64,000 nt of DNA from Victivallaceae bacterium. Lineage in GTDB: Bacteria; Verrucomicrobiota; Lentisphaeria; Victivallales; Victivallaceae. Shown in pieces: positions 57,592 to 64,000 of this stretch. The stretch is from the NCBI GenBank assembly GCA_034926605.1, contig JAYFQV010000009.1:51116-115115 (forward strand). Direction: 5' to 3'. The notes beneath the pieces are model-generated. The model was not told the origin of the DNA. It saw only the letters and a list, made by a program, of their open reading frames with translations, and made no database searches. The translations under genes and the position numbers were made by a program. The first letter of the stretch is position 1. Each line of letters starts with the position of its first letter.

Positions 57592-58386
57592 ATGAAGCTT
57601 TCCGCCAAAATCAAAAAGCGGCTGGCGAAATTTTCCGGGGTGTATACCCAGTCCGACGCCGCCGGGGATGAGATGAACGCCATCTTGCTGCAACTGACGA
57701 TGGCGCTCATGATGATCTTTCTTATCGCTTTTTCGCTGTTCCGGCTTAAGACCAACGCGGAACTGGCTCCGGTGGCGAAGATCAAGGAGGAGCAGCAGCT
57801 CAACTTTCAGCGTCAGGAACTGATTGTGGCGCTGGAGCGCGTGGATGAATACTACCGTATCCGTTACGGGTTGAAGAATTTTGCCAACGTCGACCTCAAC
57901 GACCGGGTGATTTACGACGCGGCTCCGGTAATTGAAAACGGCGCTCTTTCCAGCAACCAGATATTGCGCAGCGTGTTCATCAACGGCGCCAAAGCCGCTT
58001 TCGCGGATTATTCCGATCCCGGAAAACTGCCGCAGGCATGGGCGACCCGCGTGATGCTCGAGGCGGGCATCGACGCATCAACCATGCAATCCGGCAATCA
58101 GGCGTGGCTGAACAAACAGATCGAAAACCGTATAGTTCGGGTGCGGGACGATGTGACGGCGCTTCAGTACCAGGCCGCTGCGTTGATCCAGTCATATCTG
58201 GCGCTTCATCCGAAAAAGGTGGAGGACGAAGGCGTGCGCAGTTTGCTGGAACAGTACATCACGTCTCCGCCCGAGACCCAGCGGGTGCTGCTGAACGAAC
58301 TTGACCGGTCTCTTAAGAACTATGCTTTCGGCTTTTTGAAGAAGCAGGTAAACACTTCCCTGATGCGGGAGTTGAATAATGAATAG
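57592..58386 (+). CDS. ExbD/TolR/MotB-like single-TM protein lacking an OmpA/peptidoglycan-binding domain
   Basis: Starts 3 nt after the previous stop. MNAILLQLTMALMMIFLIAF aligns with the TolR/ExbD TM INIVPLLDVLLVLLLIFM, with the conserved Asp position occupied by Gln. The C-terminal 200 aa are helical with no OmpA-like motif. Confidence 0.45.
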   Translation: MKLSAKIKKRLAKFSGVYTQSDAAGDEMNAILLQLTMALMMIFLIAFSLFRLKTNAELAPVAKIKEEQQLNFQRQELIVALERVDEYYRIRYGLKNFANVDLNDRVIYDAAPVIENGALSSNQILRSVFINGAKAAFADYSDPGKLPQAWATRVMLEAGIDASTMQSGNQAWLNKQIENRIVRVRDDVTALQYQAAALIQSYLALHPKKVEDEGVRSLLEQYITSPPETQRVLLNELDRSLKNYAFGFLKKQVNTSLMRELNNE

Positions 58387-60562
58387 ATATTTCAACGGAT
58401 TTCCGTTGGCGGCGGTTCTGGTGGTCGGATGGTGTGTCTTTGCCCGGATTTCCGTTTGCGGCGGCGGGCCGGATGGCGGGCAGATCGCCGGAAACGAGCG
58501 GGAGGTGATGAACCGCAATACCGCGCTGCTGGCGGCCAATCTGCTTATATCCGAGTTGCGCGATGCGTTCGCCCGGCGCGAAATCGGCATTGATATGTAC
58601 GGCGAGATGCTGGTAAATCCGTCGAAGTATTCTTCGCCGTCGGCAGCGTCAACGCTGCTCGAACACGACTATGCCGCCGCTTTGCAGGCGGCCTATCGGG
58701 GCGAAGCTCAAAAACTTCTGGATGATGTTCGAACCCGTTATGAAGGGGCGGCCGGTTATCTTTCTCCGGAGTTTTCCGCGGAAGCGCTGAAGCTGCCGAC
58801 CTCTTATTTGCAGGCGAATGTGTCCAACGTGTTTCCGGCACTCTTCAAAAACGCGCGTGAGCGTGTCTGCGCCGAGCAGCGCCTGCGGATCGTAGGCAGC
58901 AGCTATCCCACCGAGTCGGAAGTGGATACGCTAAGCGAAGCGGAGCTGGTCGGCAAGCTGGAGAGCAAACTGTTGACCGACTGGGGCGCCGCCATCTTCG
59001 AAGAGAACCGCGGCTTCGTGCGGGCCTCGGTGGTTACGCCGCTGGTGAAGGAGGCCTTCGCCCAGCGCGAACAGCAGAAGCGGATAGTTTCCGACGCGTC
59101 AATATCCGATGCCATATTGCCGGCCGATTACGAGGCGGAATTGCGTGAGAAATTGGCTGCGGCGATCGCCGCCCGCCGCAGCAATCCCTCCGAACGTAAA
59201 GTATATGACGTATTCCCCTCGATTATTCAGGAGGTGCCGCGCCGTGCCCGCGAGCTTACGGTGCGGAAGTTCATTTCCACCTTTAAGGATTATGTTCCGA
59301 AGTACACACCCATGCAGATAAGCGACATAATCCTTGCCACTCCCGGCGACTATCGCAGCGCCGCCGGCGGCGAGAGGCAGTTCTACAATCTGTTTCGTCA
59401 GAAGATGGTGAATGACGCGCTTGCGGCATTTGTGAAACGGGTGCCGGAGGCCAACCAGCGCGAGTTGCGCAGTTTTCTCGAGACCAATATCCCAAGCAGT
59501 CAGGATGCTGAGAATACCATCAAGGCCTACTTCGATCATCAGGTGCTCGGCATGTTCCGGAAAGTTCGCGAGGATGTGGCCAAAGCTCAGTTCAAGCACT
59601 ATCTGCCGTCGCTGGAGAACGGTTCATGGCAGCCGCCGGAAGCCGAGCTGGAAAACAACTACCACGACCGCAGTCTGAAATATTCCGCAAAGTGGCGCAG
59701 CCTGATCGGCCAGGAACTTGCTCCTGAAGTGGCAATCTTTCTGTTCGATGAGACCAACGACATGGCCGCTGTCGCGATGGACGGTTGTTTTGCCACCGCG
59801 CTTAAGGCGATGGATCGCCAATTCGAGCTTACGCGCGGCAGCTACAAGGTGCTGTCCGGATTTGTGAGCAAGGCTCAGCAGGACGCCGACTATAACTGCG
59901 AGGCGGCGATAGTTGAATTCCTTCAGATGCCGGCCGGGGAAAAACTAACCCGCGAAACCATCGCCAAGGCTTATGCCGACAAGATAGCGGCAGACTGGGA
60001 CCGCGATCGGGTGACACTGCTGTGGCCGCAGGGCATAACCCGCCCGCCCAACTATGAACAGCTTTTCAAGCCGCTGTTCCCGCTGGTGGCCGAGGAAATC
60101 GAGCGCAACGCCCGCAGTTTGTTCAGCGAACTGGAAATAACACGGCCCGAGATTTACGGTTCATTTCGCGATGATCCCGACCTGAAAGTCATCAACTGCA
60201 ACCTTGAATTGAATATGAGTTCCGGCGCCTATACCGTGGCGGTGAGTTCCCCGCAGAATCCTCTTATGCGGCAGCTTTTCACACTGCCGATCCTGACCGG
60301 CGTTCCGGTGACCGACGATTCCTTGGACCGATTCTACCGTGAAGCGATCGGTTTTGTGTGCGACCTGGTGTCGAAAACCTCCAAGACCGAATTGCGCGAA
60401 AAGAATTTGGTGCAGGTGTTCCTGCGGGTTCACAACGGCGACATTCCATACCGTTTCGTGGCCCGTTTTAGGGAGCAGCTGCGTGAAGAGTTGCGGAAAC
60501 TCCCGGTTTCGGCCGAGGCGCGTTTCCGAGTGGCGGACGAACTCAAACCGGATCGTGAATGA
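58379..60562 (+). CDS. Large hypothetical protein with N-terminal signal-anchor, no recognisable domains
   Basis: 727 aa. 8-nt overlap with the upstream gene. Hydrophobic N-terminus FPLAAVLVVGWCVF. Confidence 0.5.
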   Translation: MNRYFNGFPLAAVLVVGWCVFARISVCGGGPDGGQIAGNEREVMNRNTALLAANLLISELRDAFARREIGIDMYGEMLVNPSKYSSPSAASTLLEHDYAAALQAAYRGEAQKLLDDVRTRYEGAAGYLSPEFSAEALKLPTSYLQANVSNVFPALFKNARERVCAEQRLRIVGSSYPTESEVDTLSEAELVGKLESKLLTDWGAAIFEENRGFVRASVVTPLVKEAFAQREQQKRIVSDASISDAILPADYEAELREKLAAAIAARRSNPSERKVYDVFPSIIQEVPRRARELTVRKFISTFKDYVPKYTPMQISDIILATPGDYRSAAGGERQFYNLFRQKMVNDALAAFVKRVPEANQRELRSFLETNIPSSQDAENTIKAYFDHQVLGMFRKVREDVAKAQFKHYLPSLENGSWQPPEAELENNYHDRSLKYSAKWRSLIGQELAPEVAIFLFDETNDMAAVAMDGCFATALKAMDRQFELTRGSYKVLSGFVSKAQQDADYNCEAAIVEFLQMPAGEKLTRETIAKAYADKIAADWDRDRVTLLWPQGITRPPNYEQLFKPLFPLVAEEIERNARSLFSELEITRPEIYGSFRDDPDLKVINCNLELNMSSGAYTVAVSSPQNPLMRQLFTLPILTGVPVTDDSLDRFYREAIGFVCDLVSKTSKTELREKNLVQVFLRVHNGDIPYRFVARFREQLREELRKLPVSAEARFRVADELKPDRE

Positions 60563-62400
60563 TGAAAAAACTGCTGAAGATCGTGCTGGCGGCCGTATTG
60601 TCGGCCGGGTGTGCGCGGGAGGTGGAACTGCACCGGGTTTCTCCGGACGACCGCGAGGATACCACCGCGGCGTTGATGGCCTCGGGCGACCGGGTGTTCA
60701 GCGGATCCCGCAACTTTCTTTCATCGCATTTGCTGAACGATGAATTCGAGCGCGCTCCGGATGCGGTGATCCGCAGAATATGCGATGAGTTCATGGAGAC
60801 GCATGACCGCCGGCGGCTGGAAGTGCTGGTGCAATTGACGTACCGGCTTGGTCTGGAACGGTCGGACGGTTCGGGGGCGGGGCTGAAATACTTTGTCGCC
60901 AGCGCCTATTTCAGCTATATCTTCTTATTCGACCAGTCGCTGCCGGAGCCGTCCAGTAAGTTCGATCCGGTGTACTTCATGGTTTCCCGTTACTACAAAT
61001 ACTCGTTGCTGCATATCTTCGAGTATCTGAAGGATAACAATCTGCTGGACTCTGCCGGCTATACGCTGCCGGATGTGGTCGGCCCCGGGTTTTTTGTGCT
61101 GGCGCCGGAAAATCCGTTGCCCAAGCCGCTGTTCTCTTACAGCACGGTGGAACCGTGCGATGATTACCGGGTAGACAATTTGCTGGTTTCGGCTCAGAGT
61201 TTCGGGCTGGGGTTGCCGCTGGCGGCCACCAACAACATGTCGGAACTCAAGGATGACGGTTCGCATATATTTGCCTCTTCGGCCAACCCGGTCACGATGA
61301 TATTGGATTTTCCGGCTCCGAACCGTGCGCAGCTGCGTTTTTTCCAGACTATGAAAACGCGCACGGCCGAGGTAGCCGGAACCCAGACACCGCTGGAAAC
61401 CGATATTTCCACGCCGTTGGCGGTGGCGACATTGCGCGGCTCTTTTTGGAACGACCTGCTATCAATGTTGGACCCCGACCGCATAGAGGCCCGTTCCGGC
61501 CTCTACATGATCGGCGATTACAACCCGGACAAAATCCCGGTGGTGTTCGTCCACGGTCTTATGTCAAGTCCGCGGACCTGGCTTCAGATGGTCAATTATC
61601 TGTTGAGCGACCGTCGCATCGCAGACAATTATCAGTTCATGTTCTATTATTATTCGACCGGACAGCCGGTGCTTTATTCCGCTTGTATGCTCCGCGAAGA
61701 GCTTGACGAGCTTTATCGTCGCTACGGCAATTCACCTAAATTCAAATATATGGTGATTGTGGGGCACTCCATGGGCGGATTGTTGACCGATATTTGCGAT
61801 AAGAATTCCAACCGGGAATTCGCCAATAGTATGTTGAAAGGCCATCTCGAAGAGGTGGAGAAGGCCGTTACCACTCCCGAGCAGAAGCAGTTTATCGAGA
61901 GCATGCTGCTGTTCTCGCGTCCGGAATATCTTTCGCGGGTGGTGTTCATGGCGGTGCCGCACCGCGGTTCGGATATGGCGCAGTGGGATATCGCCCGCTG
62001 GGGAGCCGATCTGATCCGGATGCCGACCGCGATGATCGGGCAGATAGGCAAGCATCTGGACGCGGTGTTGGTTACCATCTCTCTGAAGGAAAATAACGAC
62101 CCGATTTATATCGCTTCCGGCATCGACAACCTCGATCCCGACAATCAGACGCTGAAATTGCTCGAGGCTCTGCCTTATGATCCGGCGGTGCCGTGCCATT
62201 CGATAATCGGTAATCGCGAACAGGCCGGAGTTCCCGCCGGTTCCGATGGCATAGTGCCATACTGGAGCAGCCATATCGACAACGCTGTAAGCGAAATGGT
62301 GGTAAAATCAGGTCACAGTGTACAGCAGACCGCTCCCGCAATCGAAGAGCTGCGGCGCATCCTGCTGCTTCATCTTGTCGCGTGCGGGATACTGCAGTGA
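60559..62400 (+). CDS. Lipase-like alpha/beta-hydrolase lipoprotein (PGAP1/DUF676-like)
   Basis: MMKKLLKIVLAAVLSAGC lipobox. VVFVHGLMSS, GHSMGG nucleophile elbow, later D...H. Confidence 0.6.
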   Translation: MMKKLLKIVLAAVLSAGCAREVELHRVSPDDREDTTAALMASGDRVFSGSRNFLSSHLLNDEFERAPDAVIRRICDEFMETHDRRRLEVLVQLTYRLGLERSDGSGAGLKYFVASAYFSYIFLFDQSLPEPSSKFDPVYFMVSRYYKYSLLHIFEYLKDNNLLDSAGYTLPDVVGPGFFVLAPENPLPKPLFSYSTVEPCDDYRVDNLLVSAQSFGLGLPLAATNNMSELKDDGSHIFASSANPVTMILDFPAPNRAQLRFFQTMKTRTAEVAGTQTPLETDISTPLAVATLRGSFWNDLLSMLDPDRIEARSGLYMIGDYNPDKIPVVFVHGLMSSPRTWLQMVNYLLSDRRIADNYQFMFYYYSTGQPVLYSACMLREELDELYRRYGNSPKFKYMVIVGHSMGGLLTDICDKNSNREFANSMLKGHLEEVEKAVTTPEQKQFIESMLLFSRPEYLSRVVFMAVPHRGSDMAQWDIARWGADLIRMPTAMIGQIGKHLDAVLVTISLKENNDPIYIASGIDNLDPDNQTLKLLEALPYDPAVPCHSIIGNREQAGVPAGSDGIVPYWSSHIDNAVSEMVVKSGHSVQQTAPAIEELRRILLLHLVACGILQ

Positions 62401-63383
62401 AAAGATTCTGGAAACGCCCTGTTTTGCGGCTGGCCCCGCAATTCGCGCTTGCTCTGTGGGGGCTTTTCTGCGCCGGAGCAGTCTATTACAATTTGCGTTG
62501 CTGCGGGCCGCTGCGCTGGGTCGGCTTCGTGCTTCCGGTGCTGCCGTTCCTGATTCGTTCGTGGCGTAGCGCCTGCGCGACGGCGGCCGTCCTTGCAATA
62601 GTAACCACCGGTTATCTGGCGTTGGTGCGGCCGTCGAACAACCGTGACTGGCAGCCGTCGTTCTCGCGCAACCCGACCGCGCAGATCGAGGGAACGAAAT
62701 TGACGGTGCGCAACCTGCGCGATTTCCGCTACCGTACCGAAACCGATTTCGATGCGGCGTATATCGACGAAACCTATGATCTGTCAAAACTCGAGGACGT
62801 TTCACTGGCGGTGATCCACTGGGGTAGCAACGCGATTGCGCACACCATGGTTTCATTCCGGTTTTCGGACGGCAAGGCCTTGACATTTTCCATGGAGACC
62901 AGATTGGACAAACAGGACGTCCAGGGCGCGCTTCCGGGGCTGTTCCGCCAGTTTGAACTGCTATGTATCGCCGGCACCGAACGCGATCTGCTCGGGTTGC
63001 GCACCAACTTCCGGCATGAGGACGTCTACCTTTATCCGGTGATTTCCTCTCCAGCCAATACCCGCCGCCTGTTGCTGGCGATGACGGACAAAGTCAACGG
63101 ACTCGCCGTCCAGCCGGAGTTTTACAACACGTTGACCAGCAACTGTACCACCGCACTGGTTCCGGTGCTGAACCGCAACGGGCAAATGCCCTGCAACTGC
63201 AAGCTGTTTTTGAACGGCTATTCCGATCTTGCCGCGTATGAGGCCGGAATATTGCGGCTCGATTATCCGGGCGAAGGATTCGAAGAGCTCAAGCAACGCC
63301 ATTATGTGAATCCCAAGGTGGACCATTGCGATATTTATGCGCCGGGATTCAATTACTCCGCCGCGATCCGGGAGGGTTTCTGA
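62397..63383 (+). CDS. Hypothetical membrane protein (possibly DUF4105-like)
   Basis: GTG start overlapping the upstream TGA (GTGA). N-terminal TM helices then a soluble domain. The longest ORF starts at 62382. Confidence 0.4.
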   Translation: MKRFWKRPVLRLAPQFALALWGLFCAGAVYYNLRCCGPLRWVGFVLPVLPFLIRSWRSACATAAVLAIVTTGYLALVRPSNNRDWQPSFSRNPTAQIEGTKLTVRNLRDFRYRTETDFDAAYIDETYDLSKLEDVSLAVIHWGSNAIAHTMVSFRFSDGKALTFSMETRLDKQDVQGALPGLFRQFELLCIAGTERDLLGLRTNFRHEDVYLYPVISSPANTRRLLLAMTDKVNGLAVQPEFYNTLTSNCTTALVPVLNRNGQMPCNCKLFLNGYSDLAAYEAGILRLDYPGEGFEELKQRHYVNPKVDHCDIYAPGFNYSAAIREGF

Positions 63384-63386
63384 GCG

Positions 63387-64000
63387 ATGGATGTACTGGT
63401 TGTCGTTGCGGCCGCCGTGGCGCTGCTGACCGCGTTCATGCAGTCGGCCACCTATGTGCTGACTCGATTTTTTTATGCCAGGGGCGGCAATCCGGCCCAG
63501 CTGGCCTATCTGAATTTCATGCTGATGGGGATTGTTTCACTGGCGGTGCTGTGGCCGGCCGGGATCGCGAAAGTGGAATGGAGCCTGGAGTTGGCCGGCT
63601 GGCTGGGGCTGGAGTCGGTCACGTTCTTCTGCGGGCAGGTTTGCTGGCTGGCGGCGTTGGCCAAAGCCCCGGGATCGCGGCTGGCCACGTTATACAATCT
63701 CAAGATTATCTTTGTCGGCGTGCTTTATTCGTTGTGCTTTGCCGCGCCGTTCAACCGTTGGATGGCCGCCGGGCTGGTGCTGGCGGCCGGAGCCGCCATG
63801 TTGATGAACGGTTCCAGTCGTCCGGCCGGGGAACGCGGGCGCGGTGCGGCTGCGGCATGGCTGCTGCTTGCCGGAGCGATAATCTTCCTGTCATGGGCCG
63901 ACGTCGGTGCGGCCGGGATGCTGAAGTGTCTGGGGCGACCCGGTGATCTTGGAGCGGTGCTGCTCACCGTGTGTCTTGGGAATACCGCCGTTGCCGTGAT
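63387..64000 (+). CDS. Polytopic membrane protein (EamA/DMT-like), 3' end runs off the window end
   Basis: The ATG at 63387 sits 4 nt after the previous stop. Open frame to the window end: MDVLVVVAAAVALLTAFMQS.... The ORF track does not list it because there is no stop. Confidence 0.5.
   Translation, partial: MDVLVVVAAAVALLTAFMQSATYVLTRFFYARGGNPAQLAYLNFMLMGIVSLAVLWPAGIAKVEWSLELAGWLGLESVTFFCGQVCWLAALAKAPGSRLATLYNLKIIFVGVLYSLCFAAPFNRWMAAGLVLAAGAAMLMNGSSRPAGERGRGAAAAWLLLAGAIIFLSWADVGAAGMLKCLGRPGDLGAVLLTVCLGNTAVAV

Noticed and set aside
56606-58386. Calling the MotA/ExbD-like pair a Zorya (ZorAB) defence system
   Set aside because: The MotA-like protein's tail is only about 130 aa (ZorA tails are several hundred aa). 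The second protein lacks a ZorB-like PG-binding domain. No ZorC/ZorD/ZorE-like genes are evident downstream. Kept only as a hypothesis to test.
58379-60562. Interpreting the 727-aa protein as TolA or TonB
   Set aside because: The N-terminal anchor lacks the SHLS / SxxxH motif. I could not see a Pro-rich spacer or a TonB C-terminal motif. Left as unknown.
1-64000. CRISPR arrays, IS elements, integrases, tRNA/rRNA genes
   Set aside because: No direct-repeat/spacer periodicity, no transposase or integrase-like ORFs, and no intergenic region with tRNA-like T-loop motifs was seen. The intergenic spaces are short and mostly occupied by terminators or AT-rich promoter regions.

Overview
This window is a high-GC (roughly 60-62%) bacterial chromosomal segment that is densely coding, with short intergenic regions and many 4-8 nt gene overlaps. 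The gene content suggests a PVC-superphylum organism (Lentisphaerae, Kiritimatiellae or Verrucomicrobia-like). The supporting signs are a prepilin-type pseudogene with a C-terminal DGHV motif, orphan secretins, GH20 hexosaminidases, a GTP-dependent PEPCK and a copper P-type ATPase. I support about 55 CDSs, one pseudogene, and several rho-independent terminators. I could not identify any rRNA, tRNA, CRISPR array, IS element or integrase.

Three regions stand out. The first is a tightly overlapping six-gene operon at 56.6-64 kb. It opens with a MotA/TolQ/ExbB-like proton-channel protein that carries a C-terminal coiled-coil tail. Next is an ExbD/TolR/MotB-like single-TM protein that lacks any recognisable periplasmic anchoring domain and has the channel Asp apparently replaced by Gln. 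These are followed by a 727-aa protein with no recognisable domains, a lipase-like alpha/beta-hydrolase lipoprotein, and two membrane proteins. This is my best candidate for an undescribed ion-motive-force-driven envelope system.

The second region is a cluster at 24.2-33.4 kb. It encodes a TPR protein, a Pro/Ala-rich membrane-anchored repeat protein, two tandem orphan secretin-family proteins, a small lipoprotein, and an NfeD-flotillin pair. No pilus, T2SS or T3SS assembly genes lie nearby.

The third is a large minus-strand gene that runs off the window start (<1..3405). The supplied ORF track does not list it. It encodes a secreted protein of more than 1,130 aa with no recognisable domains.

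The remaining genes are housekeeping and accessory: hrpB, an MFS-HEAT fusion, ttcA, ksgA, BamD-like and LptE-like proteins, HtrA plus a PDZ-only paralog, GH20, copA, a sugar-isomerase/oxidoreductase pair, a GT2/GH20-like/GCKR-like amino-sugar cluster, an NtrC-type two-component system with an orphan binding protein, gmk, coaC, endonuclease-III-like, acetylxylan-esterase-like and pckG. All coordinates and similarities come from reading the translations by eye. No database search was run.
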